Counted from the first letter of the stretch, positions 7,847-15,578 are shown. The stretch is DNA of 15,578 bases from Chloroflexota bacterium (GCA_024643825.1 JAHEME010000014.1:1-15578), one strand, 5' to 3'. Made by a program: numbers and translations. Notes: generated from the sequence alone by a model not told the origin.

Positions 7847-10800
7847 CTACGGGGCGCTCTTTACATGAGGGGTAGGTTTACCGGTCAGGAAGAACGGTGC
7901 CCATTGGAAAACACAGAGATTGGTTTCGATAGCCTGCCGTTGCACCTGGGCCAGCGCGCGTGCAGGAGGCTGTCCTTCTTCCAGATTCTGATACAGTTGC
8001 TCCATGAACAACGCGCCGCTCGGATCATCCTGTACCGGCCACATACTGGCGATGACATTCTGCGCCCCACCGCTAAGAAATGCCTGGATCATCCCGTTGA
8101 TTTCATCTCCTTTGTGGGCGCTCCCCATCCCTGTCTGACAGGCAGAGAGCGTCACAAGCTCGGCGCATGTCTTCCATCGCAGAATATCCTCCACCCAGAT
8201 GGCTCCATCCCGTGTCGCCAGCCCCATGAAGGCCCCGCTGTACCGATCATACTGGCTGTGAGTAATGAAATGCAGCCGCCGCATCGAGCGGAGGGTTCCA
8301 TTCTCGGCCAGTTCATCCAGCCGATCTCGCTGGAAGTCATCACCCGAATGGATTTCAGCGTGCTTTCGGATGGCGGCTTGTACGAGTTCCGCTTCTTGCC
8401 GGGCATATTGCAGATCGCCGAATTGCTGATCCGCAAACACGTCCTGAGCAAAAATCAGGCTGCCACTCCCATTCCACTCATGTATAGATGGGCGGGTAAG
8501 CGACGCATGCAGCAGTTCCAGCGAAGGCGCATAACCCACTTCCGCCCGTTGAATCAGCGACTGGTCTTCTGGATCCAGTAGAGCGTGGAAGGGCAGTTGA
8601 TAGAGATGCCCTGACGGGATAATGATCAGGGGCTGATCAGGGTGACAGATTTCGCGGAGCGAAGCGGGAATCAACGCGTCATGTAGAATGCGGCGACTCC
8701 GTTTTCCCAGTTCATCATCCACTCTGCCATAGATCATCTTGCGGAAGCTGGTATCAGGCCGTGTGTTGAGGTCGAACACCTCCACAAGATCGCGGGTGAT
8801 CGGGATCGGATGCGCCTCAAATGTATCGGGCGTGATCAGGAACCGCCATAGCAACCCTTCATTCTGCCATGCATACCGCAGAATCGCCCATCCAGATCCT
8901 ATCTGCGTCATCATTTCAGCGCGTATTCGATCCTCAATCCCCACTGGGGAATCAGTGCTGTCCTGTCCAAACCGCACGCTGACCAACTGCGCCCCGTACA
9001 TCTCAGCTAAAGCAAGCTGCTCTCTGGGGCGGTTGAGCGTCGCTGCCAATCTAAAAGCATCTTCAAAGACCGGGCGGAGTTCTCCGACGAAGTGCTCCAT
9101 CAATGTTTCATGAGGAAGCGTCCAGCGGCTCTCCTGCATCCGTCGCATCGCAGCCATATACGCATCTAGGGCTGACTCAGGCCGACTCTGGGATATCGCC
9201 ACCCGTGCAGAAGCAGCATCATGTCGCCATCGAACTCCACCTTGCAGCATTTCGACCTTCATCTGCCCAAGAACATCAGTCGCCCGTTGCGAATCTCCCC
9301 CGCTGAGGTAGCTTTCTGCTTCCCCAATCTCGGAATCGTGGGCGGCTTCCGTCTGTCCCAGGCGATACAGATCGATCTTGCTTTGCTGAAAGGCAAGGCT
9401 GGCAGCCTCAAAGTCCCCTTTCTTGAGCAGAAGCTCTCCCCGAATCTGCTGGGCGAGGGCGGCGTCCCGTTTCAATCCATGCTTCACCGTCAGCGTTTCT
9501 GCCATTGCAAGCCATTTATCGGCTTCCTTGATTGCATCTGCGAGAGTTTCTTTGTCTCTTTCTTTCGCCAACAACATCGAAGCCAGATAAATCGCCAGTC
9601 GCAGACTGTGATTTTTGGCCTTTGGTTTTCGCAGCGCAGCCATACCCTCTCTCGCTTGCTGGATGGCTGCATCCTGGTAGCCAAAGGCCCGGTACGCCTG
9701 CGCGAGGAACTGTGTGGCAAGCGCGTAGTACTCATACTCCTTGTTTTTCTTAAATACGGGGATTGACCGTTGGAGCAGATCGAGTGCGTCACCAAATCTA
9801 CCCTCTGCAATAGCGATCCTTCCCAGGTTTGCATCGCACAGGACAGCCAGGATCGAAGAATCCAGTCTGGTGAAGATCTCCCTTGCCGTCAGGTAAGCCT
9901 CGCGAGCTACGGCATAGTTGCCCAGTAATTGCTGAACGTGCCCTGCTATCAATAGGTTATTAGCGCGAACACCATCGAGCTGTAGTTCAACAGAGATCGG
10001 TTTGGCGATCTGAAGCGTGCGGAGGCTCTCATGCAGGTCGCCCTCATTATTCTGCACTTCCGCTTTGAGAGTGAGCATTGTTGCGAGGTAATAATGGTGC
10101 CGTAGAGCCGTAGCCTTGCGAATACCCTGATCAATCCAGTAGTACGCCTCGCTGATCTCACGCTTGTGGTAGTGATATAGCCCATGCTCAAACCACGCCC
10201 ATGCAAGCATGGCAGGCATCCTGGCGCGTTGGAATAGATCTTCTGCCTGTTCTATTTCCTGCAAGCCCTGTTCTAGTTTTCCTGTCCGTAACAACCAGTA
10301 AGCACGTAGCGTCTTTGCGATGCCCTCATCTCCACCCAGGTCATGCTGGTGAAAGTAAGCCTCCACACGCTTCAGGAGGATCATGAGATGTGGATTCTTT
10401 TCAGATATCTCTTTCCCTGAGACCCCATCCATCCGGCAGCGCATCGCGCCAGTTGGATCACCCAGTCTATCCAATTGATCCGCGATTGCGATCATCCTCT
10501 CAAACGGATCGCCTGTTCTTGTGAATCTCCTCTGGCTTACCAGATGATGCCAGGTAGCATACGCTCCAATCGGCGATGGCAGCCCGGCTGCATCTGCCTC
10601 ACGCAAGAAGGGCAGCGATTCAATGTAGTACCCCCACCAGCATAGCCCCATTCCAAGCGCCAGCTTTGCCAGCGCCACCCGTTGCGGGTCATCCAGAGTC
10701 GCCGCCACTTCCAGCGCGCCACATCCCAGCGCCGTCCCCAGAACCGGGTGACGCCTTGATAAAGACGCAGCCTGTTCCAGCATGATCAAAGGAGCACCCC

Positions 10801-10909
10801 GAATACAGGATGCTCCTTGAGTCCATACGTTTTGGATTTTCGTCTGCCGCGTGACCCGCCCATCGACAGACAGAAGTCGTTCGCGGATCGCGTCAGGGAT
10901 TTCAGCCAT
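7847..10909 (-). CDS. TPR-repeat / CHAT-domain protein (caspase-like cysteine protease of the HetF/Csx29 superfamily) with a long N-terminal TPR-like helical-repeat region
   Basis: 1020 aa. The C-terminal ~250 aa form a CHAT domain with the His-Cys dyad contexts 'LHFITHSQYD' (His) and 'LVTLSACQTGMG' (Cys), followed by 'GAQNVIASMWPV'. Residues ~150-700 are Leu/Ala/Tyr-rich helical TPR-like repeats ('EAYYWIDQGIRKA', 'AYRAFGYQDAAIQQAREGMAA' and similar). Confidence 0.9.
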   Translation of the reverse strand: MAEIPDAIRERLLSVDGRVTRQTKIQNVWTQGASCIRGAPLIMLEQAASLSRRHPVLGTALGCGALEVAATLDDPQRVALAKLALGMGLCWWGYYIESLPFLREADAAGLPSPIGAYATWHHLVSQRRFTRTGDPFERMIAIADQLDRLGDPTGAMRCRMDGVSGKEISEKNPHLMILLKRVEAYFHQHDLGGDEGIAKTLRAYWLLRTGKLEQGLQEIEQAEDLFQRARMPAMLAWAWFEHGLYHYHKREISEAYYWIDQGIRKATALRHHYYLATMLTLKAEVQNNEGDLHESLRTLQIAKPISVELQLDGVRANNLLIAGHVQQLLGNYAVAREAYLTAREIFTRLDSSILAVLCDANLGRIAIAEGRFGDALDLLQRSIPVFKKNKEYEYYALATQFLAQAYRAFGYQDAAIQQAREGMAALRKPKAKNHSLRLAIYLASMLLAKERDKETLADAIKEADKWLAMAETLTVKHGLKRDAALAQQIRGELLLKKGDFEAASLAFQQSKIDLYRLGQTEAAHDSEIGEAESYLSGGDSQRATDVLGQMKVEMLQGGVRWRHDAASARVAISQSRPESALDAYMAAMRRMQESRWTLPHETLMEHFVGELRPVFEDAFRLAATLNRPREQLALAEMYGAQLVSVRFGQDSTDSPVGIEDRIRAEMMTQIGSGWAILRYAWQNEGLLWRFLITPDTFEAHPIPITRDLVEVFDLNTRPDTSFRKMIYGRVDDELGKRSRRILHDALIPASLREICHPDQPLIIIPSGHLYQLPFHALLDPEDQSLIQRAEVGYAPSLELLHASLTRPSIHEWNGSGSLIFAQDVFADQQFGDLQYARQEAELVQAAIRKHAEIHSGDDFQRDRLDELAENGTLRSMRRLHFITHSQYDRYSGAFMGLATRDGAIWVEDILRWKTCAELVTLSACQTGMGSAHKGDEINGMIQAFLSGGAQNVIASMWPVQDDPSGALFMEQLYQNLEEGQPPARALAQVQRQAIETNLCVFQWAPFFLTGKPTPHVKSAP

Positions 10910-10949
10910 AGGTGATTCTCAACAGGGAAGGTTGATCAGCATGAGTTTT

Positions 10950-11357
10950 CTACTGGAGAGTCTTCAGTCGCAGATGGATCGCATCAAATTCTGGCGGGAT
11001 GCGCACGTTAGAAAACTCAATCTTTTGATTTTGAACGGGTGATTCGTAAGGCAGATCATCAATGACAAGTTCCGCTATCATTGGCTCTGAAATCGGGTCA
11101 CCATACAGTTCCCCTAGGACAAGGTAGCTTCCCTCTTCCTGCCCATCCAGCAGAGTCAGCATAACCCGGATCAGCGCATCATCAAGGCGAATTTGATCAT
11201 AGAGCAGCAGTCTGCCTCCCGGCTGAATCGGAGCCAGAGCGCGCATCCCTGCCGAATAATCCGGCAGCGCGATCTCCATCGGAATCACGATTTCTACATC
11301 AAATGATGTTGTCGTGCTGCCATCTCGGATATTGATCTGTGGTGTGCTTGTATCCAT
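10950..11357 (-). CDS. Small acidic hypothetical protein (135 aa, or 145 aa if it starts at 11387), probably co-transcribed with the downstream TPR-CHAT gene; no recognisable domain
   Basis: ORF in six-frame track with the CHAT gene's strand and a 40-nt gap to the CHAT ATG. The preferred start is the ATG at 11357, preceded by 'GGGAG' with a 7-nt spacer. The upstream ATG at 11387 has no SD. The protein has no Cys, no TM segment, is D/E-rich and has mixed beta/alpha character, with 'MDTSTPQINIRDGSTTTSFDVEIVIPMEI...' at its N-terminus. Confidence 0.55.
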   Translation of the reverse strand: MDTSTPQINIRDGSTTTSFDVEIVIPMEIALPDYSAGMRALAPIQPGGRLLLYDQIRLDDALIRVMLTLLDGQEEGSYLVLGELYGDPISEPMIAELVIDDLPYESPVQNQKIEFSNVRIPPEFDAIHLRLKTLQ

Positions 11358-11389
11358 AATGCGGCTCCCAGAATATGATATTCCCATAA

Positions 11390-11436
11390 CTTATATAGTA
11401 TGTAAGAACCAGGGGCAAGTAGAAAAACTTGCGGTA
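11390..11436 (-). promoter_or_regulatory. Short hairpin (a weak terminator for the AttH-like gene) followed by a 'TATATAAG' -10-like element upstream of the small-ORF/CHAT unit
   Basis: The - strand reads 'GCAAGT-TTTTTCT-ACTTGC' (stem 11415-11420 and 11428-11433), then 'CCCCTGGTTCTTACATACTATATAAGTT' immediately before the ATG at 11387. Confidence 0.25.
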
Positions 11437-11446
11437 CGATGTATTC

Positions 11447-12628
11447 TCAGAACTGCCCCGCCATCGAAGCCGCATATCCCGTCATCTCAAGATAGCCAGA
11501 TCCACGCACCGGGTGACCCTCTTTCTCCCCGGTGATGCGCATGGCCCCCTCCCAGTAAGAGAACGAGACGTTAAGTTCCTGATCCGCGAGATAGGGTTCT
11601 ACGTTGATTGTGAGATTCAGCGTGGGGATCGATACTGTCCATCCGCCGGGATAATCCCCGCCGCTTCGTGGGCTGTGCCACGTTCCCTGCGGGGTGAGCG
11701 TGAAATCTTCTCGCTTCAGATGCGTCGTCGTCCCATCTGCCGCAATATAGGTTCCACTGGAATACGGATCAACGCTCCCATCCTCGCGCCGCAGTTGAAA
11801 CACCATCAACTCACTGCCATCGTCCATCTGAATCGAGAACCAGTCCCATCCTACCTGACCGGGGCCGAGTGCGCTGGTGCTGAACTCATGATCCATCCAG
11901 CTTAATCCCACAACGTCATATGTGCGCCCATCCACCACCACGCTCCCCGAACTTTCCAACCGTGTCAGGCTGTAATACGTAGAAGCATTCCCCGCTTCCG
12001 GCCCCTTTTGACTGTAACCCTCATCCCCTTGCAGTACTGGCCCTTTGCGATCCACAAACTCAAGGTCGATTTCCTTGCCATCCTGCGCCGCGTGCAGAGA
12101 ATACACCCCATCCGTGCCCTGCGTTACTTGCCAATTCTCAAGCCATACCTGATACGGTTCCGCTTCCGCGCCCGCCAGCCCCCCGGCCCCTCGCGAGAAC
12201 CGTTCAAACGCATGGAATTGGCTTCCACCCACATCTGTCAGGGCAAAGTGCGCAAAATAGATTTGCTCCGTCGCCAGATCAGATTCTCGCGCCACCTGCT
12301 GATCCTCTGGCAGCAGCGCACGCCGGAAGAAGGTCAGTTGATAGCCAAAATGACGGCCCTCGGCAGTTTCGAGGTTGCCCGTGTAATACCACCACTCGGT
12401 CTGATATTCATTGTGTGGCCCCGCATCCTGTGGGAAGACCAAATCCTGAGGCCCATCTACGCGAGCATACCCTTCTATCGACCCCGCAGCCCCCGACATG
12501 ATCCTTGTCTGAGGAATACTCGGCTCCGCCTGAGATCGCAGGGCAAAAAAAGCGGCTGCGCCAGCACCTAGAAGACCTGCCACGAGGAGAAATCGTTTCA
12601 CGAAGTTTCCGTTCGAGTCTCGGCACAT
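11447..12628 (-). CDS. AttH/CrtC-family lipocalin-like secreted protein (COG5621 'predicted secreted hydrolase'; carotenoid 1,2-hydratase-like fold)
   Basis: 393 aa. N-terminal signal/anchor 'KRFLLVAGLLGAGAAAFFALRSQA'. Family-typical motif 'FPQDAGPHNEYQTEWWYYTGNL', compared with the CrtC/AttH consensus 'FP.DHG.H...TEWWY.TGNL'. Aromatic-rich beta-structure dominates the rest of the protein. Confidence 0.65.
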   Translation of the reverse strand: MCRDSNGNFVKRFLLVAGLLGAGAAAFFALRSQAEPSIPQTRIMSGAAGSIEGYARVDGPQDLVFPQDAGPHNEYQTEWWYYTGNLETAEGRHFGYQLTFFRRALLPEDQQVARESDLATEQIYFAHFALTDVGGSQFHAFERFSRGAGGLAGAEAEPYQVWLENWQVTQGTDGVYSLHAAQDGKEIDLEFVDRKGPVLQGDEGYSQKGPEAGNASTYYSLTRLESSGSVVVDGRTYDVVGLSWMDHEFSTSALGPGQVGWDWFSIQMDDGSELMVFQLRREDGSVDPYSSGTYIAADGTTTHLKREDFTLTPQGTWHSPRSGGDYPGGWTVSIPTLNLTINVEPYLADQELNVSFSYWEGAMRITGEKEGHPVRGSGYLEMTGYAASMAGQF

Positions 12629-12669
12629 TTGTGCTATCGTTCACTAGCGAAGATTGTAGCGAGACCTAA

Positions 12670-12718
12670 CTACCAGAAACAACCAGAAATCCCCTCGCAA
12701 CAGGTAGGTTGCGAGGGG
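12670..12718 (-). terminator. Rho-independent terminator of the flotillin gene
   Basis: Perfect 11-bp stem 'CCCCTCGCAAC' (12691-12701) pairing with 'GTTGCGAGGGG' (12708-12718), with a 6-nt loop. On the - strand it is followed by 'ATTTCTGGTTGTTTCTGG'. It starts 12 nt after the TAA stop (12730-12732). Confidence 0.7.
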
Positions 12719-12729
12719 ATTCATCCGAA

Positions 12730-14523
12730 TTAGCCCTCTTCCACCTTCAGCGCGTGCCCATTGCTCCCGATCTTCTCCCGCATCGTGGTCGCCAGCAATC
12801 CATCGACCAATCCGCCCCGGTCACTCCCACTCACCGAGACTTCCGGCACGACGCGCACCTGATTCTCACCGATAATCTGCATCATCTGAATCGACGTGTA
12901 CCCTTCCGCACCCAACGCCTCGACTCCAGCTTGATACGCTTCCGCTTGTGCATTGCCCGTTGCGCGGATCGCCTCCGCATCACCCTTGGCCCGCAGCCGC
13001 GTCGATTCGGCTTCACCCGTCGCGTATTTGATATTCGCTTTCGCCTGCAAATCAGCGATGCTCACACCCTGTTCCGCTTCCACCATCTCCTGTTGGATGT
13101 CCGCCATCGCCGTCTCGCGTACAAGCTGCTGACGCTGCTTCTGCGCTTCTTCCTGCACCTCGTACGTCTTGCGCTGCTCTTCCGCGATCTTCCGTTCCGT
13201 CTGCGTATGCATCAGTTCTTCCGGCGGCGTGATGTCGCCGATCAGCGTATCGATTGCCTGCACGTCATATGCGCCAATCGCTGCCCGGATGTGCTGCGCC
13301 GCTTCCGCCTGACGCTCACTGCGTGCGAACAGGAAGTCCAGCACCGTGTAGTATTGCGCCGAATTGCGGAAGTAGTTCCCCACAATTGGTTGCAGCACAT
13401 GATCCACCATGTTCTGCATCGATCCCACCCGCGAGATCACGCGCGGTGCTTCCGGCGCGCCCACATGAATGATCTGCGAGACATCCAGATTGAACGCGAA
13501 CCCGTCCTTGGATCGCACTGTGATCGACGAGAGCTTACCATCATACCCGTGTGCCTCTGTCCGCGTTGCCCAGTTCAAGACGATGTTCGTCGTCGGAACC
13601 AACTCCACCCGCATGATCTGCGTATTCAGTGGATGCTTGCCGGGGTAGAGGGGCGAGACCCATACGCCTTTGTGCCCCGGATTCACCAGATCGCCATGCT
13701 TGAACTCTGTCCCGCTGACATCTTCGTGTGCGCGCCCTACAAACGAAATCACCACGCCCACATACCCAATCGGGATCTCCGTCATCGGAACCTGATCCAC
13801 CTGCACAAACCACGGATTCAGATTCCACGACCCGGAGAGCAGTACTTGCTCCTGAAGCCCCCGTGATCCTTCCCTATCCATGAACGACTGTGCGTTCTGG
13901 AAGTTGTTGTGACCGGGGATTGACGGCCCGGCGATCTCGCCTTCCGGGATCGGATTACCATCCAGCGTGGTTACGATCCCCACCGTATCCGGCGAAACCC
14001 GATACACCTGTAGATAAGCCGCGTTCATGCCATGCGATGCGGCGTTTGTGGCGGTGATCACCGTAAAAAGCGCCGTGTTGATCCGGTACGTCCCGGCGGT
14101 CAGGATGCCCAGTTGCCGCCCCTTCTCGCCGCCATTGGCAAGGAACTTCCGCGCGTTCTGGAAGTTATCGCAGTCCACCACCTTCGCCAGAATCCGCTGA
14201 GGCGGAGTCGCGTTCCCATCCGCCGCCACGATCAACCCGATCTCCCCCTGCGGGATCACCAGCATCGGGACTTTGTGAATCGTGTACTGCCATCGCCAGA
14301 ATCCGAGGTGCAGCCCCGGCGCGAGCGTATCGGCCTGATACCCCGCCTCGCCATTGAGCGCCACCATCCGCCCGGCAGGGAGACTCTTCCCTGCGAACTT
14401 CTTGACTACGATCCCCACCTGCCGTTCGCTGATCACAACGATACCCAGCGCCGCGCTGATCAGGAACAACACCGCGATCAGTCCCAACGAACCCAATACA
14501 ATGAGAACAAACAACCCGTCCAT
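12730..14523 (-). CDS. Flotillin-like SPFH/Band-7 domain protein (FloT/YuaG family)
   Basis: N-terminal TM segment 'MDGLFVLIVLGSLGLIAVLFLISAALGIVVI', then an SPFH domain ('ERQVGIVVKKFAGK...'). The C-terminus has a flotillin-type Ala/Glu/Gln-rich coiled coil ('EAEQGVSIADLQAKANIKYATGEAESTRLRAKGDAEAIRATGNAQAEAYQAGVEALGAEGYTSIQMMQIIGENQVRVVPEV'). The six-frame ORF extends to a GTG at 14559. The ATG at 14523 is preferred because it is preceded by a strong SD 'GGAGGA' with a 5-nt spacer, giving 597 aa. Confidence 0.85.
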   Translation of the reverse strand: MDGLFVLIVLGSLGLIAVLFLISAALGIVVISERQVGIVVKKFAGKSLPAGRMVALNGEAGYQADTLAPGLHLGFWRWQYTIHKVPMLVIPQGEIGLIVAADGNATPPQRILAKVVDCDNFQNARKFLANGGEKGRQLGILTAGTYRINTALFTVITATNAASHGMNAAYLQVYRVSPDTVGIVTTLDGNPIPEGEIAGPSIPGHNNFQNAQSFMDREGSRGLQEQVLLSGSWNLNPWFVQVDQVPMTEIPIGYVGVVISFVGRAHEDVSGTEFKHGDLVNPGHKGVWVSPLYPGKHPLNTQIMRVELVPTTNIVLNWATRTEAHGYDGKLSSITVRSKDGFAFNLDVSQIIHVGAPEAPRVISRVGSMQNMVDHVLQPIVGNYFRNSAQYYTVLDFLFARSERQAEAAQHIRAAIGAYDVQAIDTLIGDITPPEELMHTQTERKIAEEQRKTYEVQEEAQKQRQQLVRETAMADIQQEMVEAEQGVSIADLQAKANIKYATGEAESTRLRAKGDAEAIRATGNAQAEAYQAGVEALGAEGYTSIQMMQIIGENQVRVVPEVSVSGSDRGGLVDGLLATTMREKIGSNGHALKVEEG

Positions 14524-14645
14524 GCCCGTCCTCCATCCCCATCGCGCCGAAGTACGCACAATCTGATCGCACAGCCGCGATCATTCCGCTACGATAGCGC
14601 GCGGGAAGGGGTAGCCCGTATCCCAATTTCCGGGGGATTCAACGC

Positions 14646-14679
14646 GTCAGCCCGTCGAGTCCCCACTCGACGGGCTGAC
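14646..14679. promoter_or_regulatory. Perfect 14-bp stem-loop (GTCAGCCCGTCGAG / loop TCCCCA / CTCGACGGGCTGAC) in the FecR-like to flotillin intergenic region; a U-tract-less terminator or a regulatory structure
   Basis: Seen in sequence. No T-run follows on either strand. It lies 40 nt past the FecR-like stop (14720) and about 120 nt before the flotillin ATG (14523). Confidence 0.4.
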
Positions 14680-14719
14680 AAACCCTATCCCACATCCTTC
14701 TAGGAAGAAAGCGAAGTTG

Positions 14720-15578
14720 TTAGTGATTGCGCCGCAGTTCCTGCCGAATCTGCCCGATATTCATCCCCGATTCATACAGCGCAATCAGGTCACGCACGGT
14801 CACATCGCCATACGCTGCCGCCAGCGAAACCATCTGCTTGAATATCCCCAGCGGAATCCCCGATTCGTTCAGCGAGAAGGCTTCGTCCGGTGTCAGCCCC
14901 GATTCGCGGGCCAGCGGGTAGAGCTGCTTGATCTGCCCGAACCCATACCCCGCGTCGAACCACCCCATGATCTCCTCGTACGGCACGCCGAGTTCTTCCG
15001 CCAGCCGTGTTCCGTGTGGATGCACCGTTAACGGGCCATCCACCGAAGCCAGCGTCTCTTCATTCGCCTGCACCACCACGCTCCGATCAGCCACCTGCAC
15101 ATGGACGGCCCCTTCGAGCGTCGCATAGTACGTCGCCTGGTCAGAGACGATCTCCGTCTCAAACACCGTCCCTCGCACCGATGCAGTCGAAGACGGGGTC
15201 TTGAGTTCGAACACCTCGACATCAGCCAGCGTTGTCTCTACTCGGCTGAACACTCGCCCCGCATCGAGCGACAATCGAACCCGATACGCTCCCTGCGTCC
15301 CGGTGCTGAGTTCCTCCACCGCCAGCGCGGTTCCTTGATCGAGCGTGATCATTGATCCATCATTCAGCGCAAGCTGTCCGATCTCACCCGGTTCGAGCGT
15401 GATCGTATCCCCGGCCTGAATCACCCGCGTCTCGGTGACCTTCTCGCCATTCTGCAAATCGAGATCGGATAACCGAATCGGCCCGCTGACTGTCGCGATC
15501 CGCAGTTCGGCAGCCTCTGCGGTTGCCGGAACCAGCCCCAATTGCGGCACAGCCACAAATCCAACGATCAACACAACC
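14720..15578 (-). CDS. FecR-domain secreted protein with C-terminal tandem ~30-aa repeats, 5'-partial (runs off the window edge)
   Basis: The ORF is open to the window end. The first in-window start is GTG at 15574, and the frame continues beyond it. N-terminal signal-peptide-like 'LIVGFVAVPQLGLVPATAEA|AE'. FecR-like beta-sandwich region 'VIQAGDTITLEPGEIGQLALNDGSMITLDQGTALAVEE...VEVFELKTPSSTASVRGTVFETEI'. Two C-terminal repeats: 'PYEEIMGWFDAGYGFGQIKQLYPLA' and 'TVRDLIALYESGMNIGQIRQELRR'. Confidence 0.55.
   Translation of the reverse strand, partial: VVLIVGFVAVPQLGLVPATAEAAELRIATVSGPIRLSDLDLQNGEKVTETRVIQAGDTITLEPGEIGQLALNDGSMITLDQGTALAVEELSTGTQGAYRVRLSLDAGRVFSRVETTLADVEVFELKTPSSTASVRGTVFETEIVSDQATYYATLEGAVHVQVADRSVVVQANEETLASVDGPLTVHPHGTRLAEELGVPYEEIMGWFDAGYGFGQIKQLYPLARESGLTPDEAFSLNESGIPLGIFKQMVSLAAAYGDVTVRDLIALYESGMNIGQIRQELRRNH

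Noticed and set aside
7847-10909. Possible type III-E CRISPR (Craspase) association, because Csx29 is also a TPR-CHAT protein
   Set aside because: There are no CRISPR repeats, no cas7-11/gRAMP gene, and no csx30, csx31 or rpoE-like genes in the window. The flanking genes are a cupin and an AttH-like protein. TPR-CHAT architecture alone is widespread (HetF-like).
11429-11905. 158-aa + strand ORF overlapping the AttH-like gene
   Set aside because: Antisense to the AttH/CrtC-like CDS, which has a clear family motif. No independent support.
12709-13866. 385-aa + strand ORF rich in R/H/L, antisense to the flotillin gene
   Set aside because: Low-complexity Arg/His/Leu composition is typical of the reverse strand of a GC-rich gene. 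It is fully contained within a well-supported flotillin CDS and has no SD or recognisable motif.
14032-14703. 223-aa + strand ORF overlapping the flotillin 5' end and the intergenic hairpin
   Set aside because: Pro/Arg-rich antisense artefact. It overlaps the strongly supported flotillin start region and has no domain signal.
1-15578. Mobile element, prophage or genomic island signatures
   Set aside because: There is no integrase, transposase or recombinase gene, no terminal inverted repeats and no tRNA. Composition is uniform across the window, and most genes are ordinary metabolic or membrane functions.

Overview
This is a high-GC (~58-60%) bacterial chromosomal window. The gene content (PPDK, a GT28 glycolipid synthase, TPR-CHAT, flotillin) and the generally weak Shine-Dalgarno usage are consistent with a filamentous Chloroflexota-like organism, but the sequence alone does not prove this. 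Eleven protein-coding genes can be supported. In order they are: an SDR oxidoreductase (+), pyruvate phosphate dikinase (-), a GT28 MGDG-synthase-like glycosyltransferase (-), a GH1 beta-glucosidase (+), a CPBP/Abi-family intramembrane protease (-), a small cupin (-), a 1020-aa TPR-CHAT caspase-like protease (-) preceded by a 135-145 aa acidic ORF of unknown function 40 nt upstream (-), an AttH/CrtC-like lipocalin-fold secreted protein (-), a flotillin-like SPFH protein (-), and a 5'-partial FecR-domain secreted protein (-). There are no rRNA, tRNA, CRISPR or transposase genes. Three rho-independent terminators are readable: 889-926 (bidirectional), 7613-7643 and 12670-12718. Other non-coding signals are a perfect TATAAT with phased A-tracts upstream of the cupin gene, a 9-bp inverted repeat upstream of ppdK, and a 14-bp perfect hairpin between the FecR-like gene and the flotillin gene. 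The most interesting locus is the small unknown ORF plus TPR-CHAT protease pair, which sits in a stand-alone context with no cas, NTPase or gasdermin gene and is bracketed by its own promoter-like element and terminator. It is a candidate protease/partner conflict or programmed-cell-death-type module. Most long ORFs on the strand opposite the listed genes are GC-driven antisense artefacts.
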